NCBI GenBank assembly: GCA_963713975.1
Contig: OY970218.1
Coordinates: 2,816,001 to 2,880,000, forward strand
Source of the DNA: an uncultured Chloroflexia bacterium
GTDB taxonomy: Bacteria > Chloroflexota > Limnocylindria > Limnocylindrales > CSP1-4
DNA: 64,000 nucleotides
Direction of reading: 5' to 3'
A model generated the notes under the pieces. The model did no database searches. It was not told where the DNA came from and was given only the letters and a program-made list of their open reading frames with translations. The first letter of the stretch is position 1, and each line of letters starts with the position of its first letter. Both the position numbers and the translations under genes were made by a program. Of the stretch, positions 55,583 to 64,000 are shown piece after piece.

Positions 55583-55978
55583 GTGATCAGGAATGTCGTC
55601 ATCCACCTGTCCAACGAGCAGCCGCTGCTCGCGGACCTGTACACCCCTCCCAACCCGGCCGACGTCGGGCTCCTGTGCACCAACATGCGCTTGATGGACG
55701 GCAAGCGACCGGTGTTCATCGACCGCACCGAGTCCACCTTCTTCTTCCCGTACCTCCACATCCGGTTCCTCGAGATCCCCGCCGCCGAGCTGCAGCGGCA
55801 CCTCGCGGAGGCCGGGGCAGGTCCGCTCGGCGTGGCCCAGACCGGGCCGTTTGCCGGTGACGGCAGCGCGCGCCTGCCGGCCCTGTTCGAGGAGGCGGCG
55901 CAGGATCCCGCGGCGGAGGATCCGGAGGCCGAGATCGAGATCGACGAGGACTTCCTGCAGCGCGTCCGCGACATCTAG
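55583..55978 (+). CDS. Conserved-looking hypothetical protein (small beta domain + acidic tail)
   Basis: The 3' part of ORF 55220..55978, from GTG 55583, has typical codon usage: VVIHLSNEQPLLAD...DGK...FPYLHIRFLEI. Confidence 0.7.
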   Translation: MIRNVVIHLSNEQPLLADLYTPPNPADVGLLCTNMRLMDGKRPVFIDRTESTFFFPYLHIRFLEIPAAELQRHLAEAGAGPLGVAQTGPFAGDGSARLPALFEEAAQDPAAEDPEAEIEIDEDFLQRVRDI

Positions 55979-56043
55979 GACGCCGCTCGCAGCACCTGCC
56001 GATCATCGGCGCGCAAGGGGCCGGTGCTACACTCCCGGCCGCC

Positions 56044-58497
56044 ATGGCCAAGAACCTCGTGATCGTGGAGTCGCCCGCCAAAGCGCGGACGATCGAGCGC
56101 TACCTCGGCGCGGACTACCAGGTCCTCGCCTCGTACGGCCACGTCCGGGATCTCCCGGAGAACCCCGGCAAGGGCAAGTTCGGCGTGGACGTGGACCACG
56201 ACTTCGCGCCCGAGTACGTCATCTCCGAGGATCGTCGCAAGCATGTCGCGGCGATCGAGAAGGCTGCGAAGGGCGCCGCGAACGTGTGGCTGGCGACGGA
56301 CCTCGACCGCGAGGGCGAGGCGATCGCATGGCACGTGACCGAGGCCGCCAACATCCCCGCCGCCAAGACGAGCCGGGTGACGTTCAGCGAGATCACCGAG
56401 GGTGCCATCCGGGAGGCGTTCGCGAGCCCGCGCGAGATCGACCAAGACCTCGTCGACGCCCAGCAGACCCGCCGGATCATGGACCGCCTGGTGGGCTACA
56501 CGCTCAGCCCGCTGATCTCGCGCAAGATCCGCAGCGGGCTCTCGGCCGGCCGCGTACAGTCGGTCGCGGTGCGGATGGTCGTCGAGCGCGAACGCGAGAT
56601 CCGCGCCTTCACGGCTCGGGAGTACTGGACGCTCGAGACCCTGCTTGCCACTGCGGACGGATCGACGTTCACGGCCGACGTCGCCCGCATCGACGGCAAG
56701 GCGCCGGACATCTCGGACGGCGAGACGGCGGAGCGCCACGCGTCCGCCCTGCGTGGGCTGGCGCCGGTCGTCGACTCGGTGACCACGCGGACATCGAAGC
56801 GCAATCCGGCCCCACCGTTCACCACCAGCACGCTCCAGCAGGAGGCGAGCCGCAAGCTCGGCTTCAGCCCCAAGCGCACGATGTCCGCCGCGCAGCGCCT
56901 GTACGAGGGCGCCGAGACCGCGGACGGGCATGTCGGCCTGATCACCTACATGCGGACCGACTCCACGGCGATCGCGAGCGTCGCCATGGCGGAGGCGCAG
57001 GCCGTGATCGTCGAGCGCTTCGGCGAGCGGTACGGGACCGGCAAGGGCCGGGTCTACAAGACGAAGCAGAAGGGTGCCCAGGAGGCCCACGAGTCGATCC
57101 GCCCGACGTCGTTCCTCCGTGATCCGGAGTCACTCGAGGCCTACGTCCAGGGCGACGAGCTCAGGCTCTATCGCTTGATCTGGCAGCGAGCGGTCGCATC
57201 ACAGATGGCGTCCAAGGAGCTGGAGACCACGACCGCCGAGCTGGTGGCCGGCGTGTACCGCCTGCGGGCATCGGCGACCAGGACGCTGTTCGACGGCTTC
57301 TCGCGGGTCTACACGGAGGGCAGGGATGACGAGGCGGAGGAGGCGGAGCGCCGGCTGCCTGCGTTGAAGGCCGGGGATGGGACGGCTGTCCAGTCGGTCA
57401 CGCCGTCGCAGCACTTCACGGAGCCCCCGCCGCGCTACACGGAGGCGACGCTGATCAAGGCCCTGGAGGAGCACGGCATCGGCCGTCCGTCCACCTTCGC
57501 CGCGACGATCTCGACGATCATGGACCGCGGCTATGTCAGGGTCGAGGAGCGCCGCCTGCGCCCGGAGGAGATCGGTGAGATCGTGACCGACCTCCTGGTC
57601 GATCACTTCGGCGAGTACGTGGACCTCAAGTTCACGGCCCGCATGGAGGAGGAGCTCGACGAGGTGGCGCGCGGAGAGCGTGAGTGGGTGCCGCTCCTTC
57701 GGGCGTTCTTCGGCCCGCTCAAGGAGCGCGTCGACGAGAAGCGCAGGGAGCTCAAGCGGCGCGACTTCACCACCGAGCCCACGGACGAGGTCTGCTCTGA
57801 GGGCCATCCGATGGTCATCAGGCTGGGCCGCAACGGGAAGTTCCTGGCCTGCTCCACGTTCCCCGACCACAAGGAGACACGTCCGCTGCCGGGCGAGGAG
57901 ACCCCCGGTCTCGAGGGCGAGGGCGACCCCTGCCCCGAGTGCGGCCAGGGCGTGCTCGCAACCCGGCGAGGTCGGTTCGGCGCGTTCCTGGGCTGCGCAC
58001 GCTACCCGGATTGCACCTACATCCGGAAGGACGGCCCGCCGCCGCCCGACCAGCTCCCGTTCGAGGTCGTCTGCCCCAAGAATGCCGACGGCCCGCTCGT
58101 CGCGCGTCGCGCACGGCGTACCGGAAACGTCTTCTGGGGATGCTCCAAGTACCCCAAGTGCGACTTCACGACCAACGACGAGCCCACCGGTGCGCTGCAC
58201 GACGCCGCCGACGCCACCCATGCGGATGGACGGGGAGCGGTGGCCCGCAAGGGAGAGGCAGGCATCTGCCTGACCTGCGGCGCGACCGTCGAGCTGCCCG
58301 ATGGGACCGTCGTGGGACGGCGCCTCCCGGGCGGACCACCCAACCCGGCGGCCCTGGAACGTCCGGTCCGCGGCGGCAGACGTGGGGCCAAGACGGGGAG
58401 CGGATCCGCGAAGGCCGCGTCCGGCGCCAGGCGCACGACCCGGTCCTCGGGCGCCACCAAACGCACGGGAACCGGGTCGCGGCCCAAGAGCGAGTGA
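56044..58497 (+). CDS. topA: DNA topoisomerase I
   Basis: LVIVESPAKA, ATDLDREGE, SAGRVQS, GLITYMRTDS, EAHESIRPT and GIGRPST motifs; C-terminal Zn ribbons. Confidence 0.98.
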   Translation: MAKNLVIVESPAKARTIERYLGADYQVLASYGHVRDLPENPGKGKFGVDVDHDFAPEYVISEDRRKHVAAIEKAAKGAANVWLATDLDREGEAIAWHVTEAANIPAAKTSRVTFSEITEGAIREAFASPREIDQDLVDAQQTRRIMDRLVGYTLSPLISRKIRSGLSAGRVQSVAVRMVVEREREIRAFTAREYWTLETLLATADGSTFTADVARIDGKAPDISDGETAERHASALRGLAPVVDSVTTRTSKRNPAPPFTTSTLQQEASRKLGFSPKRTMSAAQRLYEGAETADGHVGLITYMRTDSTAIASVAMAEAQAVIVERFGERYGTGKGRVYKTKQKGAQEAHESIRPTSFLRDPESLEAYVQGDELRLYRLIWQRAVASQMASKELETTTAELVAGVYRLRASATRTLFDGFSRVYTEGRDDEAEEAERRLPALKAGDGTAVQSVTPSQHFTEPPPRYTEATLIKALEEHGIGRPSTFAATISTIMDRGYVRVEERRLRPEEIGEIVTDLLVDHFGEYVDLKFTARMEEELDEVARGEREWVPLLRAFFGPLKERVDEKRRELKRRDFTTEPTDEVCSEGHPMVIRLGRNGKFLACSTFPDHKETRPLPGEETPGLEGEGDPCPECGQGVLATRRGRFGAFLGCARYPDCTYIRKDGPPPPDQLPFEVVCPKNADGPLVARRARRTGNVFWGCSKYPKCDFTTNDEPTGALHDAADATHADGRGAVARKGEAGICLTCGATVELPDGTVVGRRLPGGPPNPAALERPVRGGRRGAKTGSGSAKAASGARRTTRSSGATKRTGTGSRPKSE

Positions 58498-58540
58498 GCG
58501 GCGTGGGCCAGGCGAGGTGCGATCGTCCGACGGCCGTGCC

Positions 58541-59506
58541 GTGACCGGCCAGGAGGCGCTGCGACGGTTCATGCGCTCGCTCGAGGCCCGCGACACCTCG
58601 CCCGAGACGCGCCGCTCCTACCGGGCAACAATCGCGGCGTACCTGGCCTGGCTGTCCGCCCGCGACGCCGACTGGCGGTCGCCGGGCCGGACGACGCTGC
58701 GGGCCTATCTCGGTGAGCTGTCCGAGGGTCACGCCAGGACGTCGGTCGCCCAGCGCCTGGCGGCCCTGCGGGCCTTCCACCGCTACTGCGCGCGGGCAGG
58801 GATCGCACCGGGCGACCCCTGGGGCGCGATCGCGACGCCACGCCTGCCCAGGCGCCTGCCACGCGTGCTCGAGGTGGAGCAGGTCGACGCGCTGCTGGCG
58901 GCGGTGGACGAGGACCTGGTGGCCGCCCGCGGGGGCACCTCGCGGTCCGGGAGCCGGGACCCGGAACTGGCGATCGCGATCGCGTTGCGGGACCGGGCCC
59001 TGGTCGAGACCGCCTATGCCGCCGGGCTGCGGATCAGCGAGCTGGCGGCGTCCGAGCTCGGCAACCTCGACCTGCGTCGTGGCGAGGTCCGGGTGATGGG
59101 CAAGGGGCGGAAGGAACGGATCGGCCTCCTGGGGCGTCCGGCCCGCGATGCCCTGACTGCGTATCTGGACGAGGCTCGACCCGTCCTGACATCCCGGGCG
59201 GACCCGCTCGCCGAGGAACCCGTGGAGGTGTTCCTCAATCACCGCGGTGCGCCCCTGGGTGTGCGGGGCCTGCGCATGCGCCTCGATCGACTCCGTCGCC
59301 GGGCCGGCCTGCCGGAGGGCGTGAGTCCCCACACCCTCAGGCACTCGTTCGCCACCCACCTCCTCGACGGTGGCGCGGACCTGCGCGTGGTGCAGGAGCT
59401 GCTCGGTCACGAGAGCCTGGCCACCACCCAGGTCTACACGCACGTGTCGCCGACCCGCCTGCGCGACGCTTACCGCATGGCGCATCCGCGGGCACGGTCC
59501 ACCTGA
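58541..59506 (+). CDS. xerC: Tyrosine recombinase XerC/XerD
   Basis: GLRISEL, GKGRKER, PHTLRHSFATHLL and LLGH...TTQVYTH motifs; conserved position after topA. Confidence 0.9.
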   Translation: MTGQEALRRFMRSLEARDTSPETRRSYRATIAAYLAWLSARDADWRSPGRTTLRAYLGELSEGHARTSVAQRLAALRAFHRYCARAGIAPGDPWGAIATPRLPRRLPRVLEVEQVDALLAAVDEDLVAARGGTSRSGSRDPELAIAIALRDRALVETAYAAGLRISELAASELGNLDLRRGEVRVMGKGRKERIGLLGRPARDALTAYLDEARPVLTSRADPLAEEPVEVFLNHRGAPLGVRGLRMRLDRLRRRAGLPEGVSPHTLRHSFATHLLDGGADLRVVQELLGHESLATTQVYTHVSPTRLRDAYRMAHPRARST

Positions 59507-61173
59507 TGGACGATCCGGACGTCCTGACCGGCGTCGTCGCCGACGAGGAGCCGGGCCTGCATCCCGCGGCGGCGGGAGCGGCCACGCGCCTGGGTGCGTC
59601 ATCGACACGAGCGCTCGCGCGTGCCGGCCTCATCGTCACCACCATGTTCCTGGCCGCCCGCGCCATGGGCTATGTCCGGACCATCGCCTTCGCCGCCGCG
59701 GTGCCCGAGGTGTCGCAGCTGGCCCCGTTCTACGCCGCGTTCCGGATCCCCGACTTCCTGTTCCAGCTGGTGGCCGCGGGCGCGCTCTCGTCCGCCCTGA
59801 TCCCGGTCATCGCGGGCCTGTTCGCGAAGGACGAGGAGGCGCGTGCATGGCGCGTCGTCTCGACGGTCGCGACGTTGATGCTCTCCGTGCTGCTCGTCCT
59901 TGCCGCCCTGGTCCTGTGGTTCACGCCGGAGTTCGTGGCCGTCATCACGCCGGGCTTCGATAGGGCGCAGCTCGCCCAGACGGTCGAGCTCACCCGGACC
60001 ATGGTCCTGTCGCCGCTGCTGCTGGCCGCGGGGGCCGTGGCCACGAGCGTCCTCAACTCCCGGGAGCGGTTCGCGGCGGCCGCGGTCGCGCCGCTGGTCT
60101 ACAACGCCGCGATGATCGTCGGCGCGATCGTGCTGGTGCCCATCTACGGCATCCCGGGGCTGGCGTATGGGGTCGTGCTCGGCGCGCTGGGGCACATCGT
60201 GGTCCAGCTGCCATCGCTGGCCCGGTTGGGGGCACGGATCCGTCCGCACGTCGACCTGCGGGACGACCAGGCGCGCACGGCGCTGCTCCTGATGGTGCCG
60301 CGTGCGGTCGGTCTCGGGGCGACCCAGGTGGTGTTCCTGGTGATGACCAGCCTCGCGTCGACGCTCGGACCCGAGGCGATCCCGGTGTTCAACTTCGCCT
60401 TCGCCATCCTCCAGATCCCGATCGGGGTAATCGGGGTGCCGCTGGGCATCGTCCTCCTGCCGTCGCTGTCCCGGGAGGCGGCGCTGGGTGCCGGCGAGGG
60501 GTTCACGAGGCTTGTGACCCGCGGGCTGTCGCTCCTGGGCTACGTCATGGTCCCCATCGCGGCCCTGGGCATCGTGGTCTCGCTGGATGTGGTCCGCCTC
60601 CTGTTCGGCGTGGCGGACATCGGCGAGGACGCGACCAAGGCCACGGCGGCCGCCCTCGCGATCTTCCTGGTCGGGCTGACCGCCCACGCGCTGATCACGG
60701 TCCTGGCCCGCGCGTTCTATGCGCTCCAGGACACCAGGACGCCGGTCGGCGCGGCCCTGGTGGCCGTGGTCGCCAACATCCTGATCGCGAACCTGCTCAT
60801 CGGATCGATGGGGCTGAACGGCCTGGCTGCCGCGATCGCGATCTCCGCGTGGCTCGAGACGCTGGTGCTGGTCGTGCTGCTGCTGCGGCGCGTCCCGGCC
60901 ATCGGGCCCGGCATGGGACACGTCTGGCTGGTCATGGCGAAGACCGTCGTGGTGTCGCTCGCCGGCGCGCTGGCCGCCTACCTGGTCGAGTCGGCGCTCG
61001 TGGGGGCCTGGGGCGTGGATCCCGGGTTCATCCTGATCCTGGTGCGGATCACGCTGGCTGCCGCGGCGGGCGGGCTCGTGATCGTCGCCGGCTCGATCGC
61101 GTTGCGGATCGATGAGCTGCGGTCTATCGTCGGGGTGATGGTGGACCTCATTCGACGACGCGGGCGCGCGTGA
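59506..61173 (+). CDS. murJ: Lipid II flippase MurJ (copy 2)
   Basis: AFRIPD, GALSSALIP, APLVYN and RAFYALQDTRTP motifs; about 14 TMs; in a peptidoglycan cluster. Confidence 0.92.
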   Translation: MDDPDVLTGVVADEEPGLHPAAAGAATRLGASSTRALARAGLIVTTMFLAARAMGYVRTIAFAAAVPEVSQLAPFYAAFRIPDFLFQLVAAGALSSALIPVIAGLFAKDEEARAWRVVSTVATLMLSVLLVLAALVLWFTPEFVAVITPGFDRAQLAQTVELTRTMVLSPLLLAAGAVATSVLNSRERFAAAAVAPLVYNAAMIVGAIVLVPIYGIPGLAYGVVLGALGHIVVQLPSLARLGARIRPHVDLRDDQARTALLLMVPRAVGLGATQVVFLVMTSLASTLGPEAIPVFNFAFAILQIPIGVIGVPLGIVLLPSLSREAALGAGEGFTRLVTRGLSLLGYVMVPIAALGIVVSLDVVRLLFGVADIGEDATKATAAALAIFLVGLTAHALITVLARAFYALQDTRTPVGAALVAVVANILIANLLIGSMGLNGLAAAIAISAWLETLVLVVLLLRRVPAIGPGMGHVWLVMAKTVVVSLAGALAAYLVESALVGAWGVDPGFILILVRITLAAAAGGLVIVAGSIALRIDELRSIVGVMVDLIRRRGRA

Positions 61174-62291
61174 CCGCGCGGCAATCCGCCGACGCCGGGT
61201 CCGCGCGGTCCGACCCGGGCGCTCCAGGTGACCTGGACCTCGAGGCATGGGACGCCGTGGTGGAGGCGAACGCCCGGAGCTCGTACCTGCAGCTCAGCGC
61301 GTGGGCACGGGTCAAGGCCGTGAACGGATGGTCCGTCCGCCGGCTGCATGACCCGGAGGCCGGCGTGGGAGCCCAGGTGCTGCTCCGCAGGCCAGGCCCG
61401 CTGCCGTGGGCGTTCGGCTACGCACCGCGGGGACCGGTGCTCGGGACGTGGGACGCCGCCTCGATCCAGCGGTTCACCGAGCTCGCGCGTTCCGGGCTCC
61501 GGGATGGCGTCCGGGCGAGCCACCTGCGGATCGACCCGGAGATCGAGCGTGGCGCCGGGCCCGACGAGGGCGACGTGGTCACGGCGGCCCTCCGGGACGC
61601 GGGCTGGCAGCCTGCCCCGGCGATCCAGCCGGTCTCCACGCGGGTCATCGACCTGGCGGCCGACGAGGACGCCCTGTGGGCCGACCTGCGCAAGAAGTGG
61701 CGCCAGTACGTCAACAAGGCCCGGTCCGGGGGCGTGCGGATCGTCGATGCGGGACCCGACCGGCTCGAGGAGTTCTATCGCATCTACCGCGAGACGGCGG
61801 ACCGGGCGGGCTTCCTGATCCGTGCCCAGTCCGCGTACCGCGATGCCTGGGACGCCTACGCCCCGGGTGGCAGGGCGCGGCTGCTGTTCGCGGAGCTCCC
61901 GGGCGGCGATCCGGTGGCGACCCTGTTCCTCGTGCGTGCCGGATCACGCGTGGTGGAGCCCTATGGTGGCATGACCCAGGCGGGCGCCGAGTCCCGGGCG
62001 AACTACCTGCTCAAGTGGGAGGCGATCCGCAGTTCGCGGGAGGCGGGGGCCACGAGCTACGACCTCTGGGGGCTCGCGCACGCCGGGATCGACCACTTCA
62101 AGACCGGGTTCGGCGGCCGGGAGATCCGGTACGTCGGGGCGTGGGACCTCGTTCTCGATGCGCTGGGGAGGAGGACGTACGCCGTGGCCGTGCGGACGCG
62201 GGTCCGTGTCGAGCGGATGCGGCACGGGCTCCGCGCTCGGGGCGGCACGTCCGCCGCGGGGTACGGCGGCGAGGCCGGGGGAGACGGGTGA
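61170..62291 (+). CDS. FemABX/MurM-family peptidoglycan bridge aminoacyltransferase
   Basis: LQLSAWARVK, YAPRGP, RIDP, YGGM, NYLLKWEAI, YDLWG and FKTGFGG motifs. Confidence 0.9.
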   Translation: MTARQSADAGSARSDPGAPGDLDLEAWDAVVEANARSSYLQLSAWARVKAVNGWSVRRLHDPEAGVGAQVLLRRPGPLPWAFGYAPRGPVLGTWDAASIQRFTELARSGLRDGVRASHLRIDPEIERGAGPDEGDVVTAALRDAGWQPAPAIQPVSTRVIDLAADEDALWADLRKKWRQYVNKARSGGVRIVDAGPDRLEEFYRIYRETADRAGFLIRAQSAYRDAWDAYAPGGRARLLFAELPGGDPVATLFLVRAGSRVVEPYGGMTQAGAESRANYLLKWEAIRSSREAGATSYDLWGLAHAGIDHFKTGFGGREIRYVGAWDLVLDALGRRTYAVAVRTRVRVERMRHGLRARGGTSAAGYGGEAGGDG

Positions 62292-63430
62292 TCGATCCGA
62301 TCCGCGAGCTCGGACCGGACGAGCTCGGCACCTGGGACGCGGCCGCGGTGGACGCGCCGGGCGGCCACGTCCTCCAGTCACGCGCCTGGGCCGAGCACCG
62401 CCGGGCCTCCGGATGGCAGCCACGCTATCTCGCCGCCGGTGATGGCCGGGCACTGGCCCTCGTGCGCGGCTGGCCGCTGGTCCCGGGCGGGTCGGGATAC
62501 ATCCCACGCGGCCCCGTCGGGTCGGCGACTCCGTGGACGGCCGAGCGGGCGCCGGACGCTGGAGCGGCCATCGGGGACATGCTCGTCGCGGTCGCCCGGC
62601 ATCTCGGGCAGGGCGGGGTCGATGTCCTTGCCGCCGACCCGGAGGTCGCCGACGCGGATTCGGGCTATCGGGACATCCTCGCGACGGCGGCGTTCCACGC
62701 GATCCCCGAGATCCAGCCGTCGCGCCACCGGATGGCGCTGGACCTGCCCGCCGACGGCGATCCGGCCACGATGCTGGACGCGGTCGCCAAGGCCACCCGG
62801 CAGCGGATCCGCAGGGCCGAGCGCGATGGCGTGGTCGTCATGCGCTGGGACGCGGCGCGGCACGAGGTCGACGGACTGGTTCGCGCGTCCGAGGCCGGCG
62901 CCGCCGCGCTCGACCGGTTCTACGGGCTGCTCCGGGCGACGGGTGATCGGCGTGGGTTCGGGTTCGCCGGGCCGGTCGAGTTCACGGCGTGGTGGCGGCG
63001 CGCGCTCTCGGCGGGGCATCTCGTCTATCTCGAGGCACGCGAGGGCTCGCCGGACGGCGACGTGCTGGGCGGTCTCGTCCTGTATCGCCACGGACGGCGC
63101 CTCTCGACGGCCCACTCGGGGGACCGCGCCGAGCGGCGCCGGGACCACCCGGGTGCCATGCACCTGCTGCGCTGGCGGGCGATCGAGCTGGCCCTGGCAG
63201 AGCGGCGGGCGGAGATGGACCTGGGGGGCGTGGACCTGCCCGGAGCCCGCAGGCCACCGGAGCCCGGTGAGCCGACGTACGGGCTCTACGAGCACAAGCG
63301 GTCGTTCGGGGCCTCCTGGGTGGCGCTGGCCGGAGCCCAGGAGCGGGTGGAGCGGCCGTGGCGGTATGCGGCGGGCCGGACCGCGGCGCGCGTGGCTCGT
63401 GCAGGGCGACGTGGTGGAGGGAGCGGGTGA
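62288..63430 (+). CDS. Second, more divergent FemABX-family protein
   Basis: HVLQSRAWAE, YIPRGP, HLLRWRAI, MDLGG and GLYEHKRSFG motifs; GTG 62288 overlaps the previous stop. Confidence 0.85.
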   Translation: MIDPIRELGPDELGTWDAAAVDAPGGHVLQSRAWAEHRRASGWQPRYLAAGDGRALALVRGWPLVPGGSGYIPRGPVGSATPWTAERAPDAGAAIGDMLVAVARHLGQGGVDVLAADPEVADADSGYRDILATAAFHAIPEIQPSRHRMALDLPADGDPATMLDAVAKATRQRIRRAERDGVVVMRWDAARHEVDGLVRASEAGAAALDRFYGLLRATGDRRGFGFAGPVEFTAWWRRALSAGHLVYLEAREGSPDGDVLGGLVLYRHGRRLSTAHSGDRAERRRDHPGAMHLLRWRAIELALAERRAEMDLGGVDLPGARRPPEPGEPTYGLYEHKRSFGASWVALAGAQERVERPWRYAAGRTAARVARAGRRGGGSG

Positions 63431-64000
63431 GCGATCCCCGGACGCCGGTGCAGCGCTCGGTCGCAGCAGCCGGTCCGCGCGAGCCGAGGCCCATGGCGGG
63501 GCTGCTCGCCCGGCTCGAGGCGGTCGGCCTCGTCCTCGGCGTGCGACGGGCGGGACATGCTGTCGCACCCGCGGAGCTGGCCGGGCTGCTCGTGATGGGC
63601 GTGGCCGAGGACTCACGAGTGGTCGGGGATGGCGGGCTGTTCGTGGCGGTGCCCGGCTTCCACGTTGACGGCCACGACTTCGTGGGACGTGCGGCCGCCG
63701 CGGGAGCTGCCGTGGTCATCGTCGAGCGCGAGGTCTCCGGCGTCGCCGTCCCGCAGGTCGTGGTGGGGTCGGCCCGGCGGGCCCTGGCGCATGCGGCCGC
63801 GTGGTGGTCCGGCGACCCCTCCCACGGGTTGGGCGTCGTCGGGGTGACCGGCACGGATGGCAAGACCACCACGACGTACCTGGCGGCGGCGGCGCTGGAG
63901 GCGGCCGGGATGAGCACGGGGCTGGTCGGGACGGTGGAGACCAGGGTGGGCGCCCTCACGGAGCGCCACGAGGCTCACGTGACGACGCCCGGCGCCCCCG
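63427..64000 (+). CDS. murE: UDP-MurNAc-tripeptide synthetase MurE (5' part; runs off the window)
   Basis: Not in the ORF track. Manual translation gives EDSRVV..GGLFVAVPGFHVDGHDF, VGVTGTDGKTTT, VGTV and TTP. Confidence 0.88.
   Translation, partial: MSDPRTPVQRSVAAAGPREPRPMAGLLARLEAVGLVLGVRRAGHAVAPAELAGLLVMGVAEDSRVVGDGGLFVAVPGFHVDGHDFVGRAAAAGAAVVIVEREVSGVAVPQVVVGSARRALAHAAAWWSGDPSHGLGVVGVTGTDGKTTTTYLAAAALEAAGMSTGLVGTVETRVGALTERHEAHVTTPGAP

Noticed and set aside
58541-59506. Tyrosine recombinase as a phage or island integrase
   Set aside because: Xer-type motifs and the conserved dprA-topA-xerC context indicate the chromosomal resolvase

Overview
A gene-dense, very GC-rich (about 70%+ by eye) stretch of bacterial chromosome made up mostly of core housekeeping genes. 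Gene content and style suggest a monoderm, probably Chloroflexota (Limnocylindria/Ellin6529-like); this is inference only. From left to right it holds: a serine-synthesis operon (class V aminotransferase, serA, histidine phosphatase); a vapBC pair; RDD, C39-peptidase, murJ and rarA genes; a DUF4446, UvrD/PD-(D/E)XK helicase-nuclease, DNA methyltransferase, HAD run; M20 hydrolase, agmatinase, a receiver-CpaE fusion, murI, zincin and ychF; the MrfA/MrfB (YprA/YprB) repair pair with an SOS-box-like operator; NfeD-flotillin; a tRNA(CAT); ftsH; a headless DnaB-family helicase; ppa, thpR, trpB2 and tyrA; NfeD-stomatin; a second receiver-CpaE fusion; comM-dprA, an Ig/CAP protein, topA-xerC; and murJ-femX-femX-murE. 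No CRISPR array, rRNA or prophage is visible. The best signals not in the ORF track are: (i) decayed IS630 ends and transposase fragments bracketing an atypical-codon DUF2252 kinase-like gene, each end at a CTAG site; (ii) a recurring leaderless -10-N6/7-start architecture; (iii) a LexA-type box upstream of mrfA. Other oddities are a DnaB motor with no N-terminal domain, two receiver-CpaE paralogues with complementary degeneracy, a flotillin with an extra C-terminal domain, and several small unannotated proteins. I cannot claim a clearly new multi-gene system from sequence alone.
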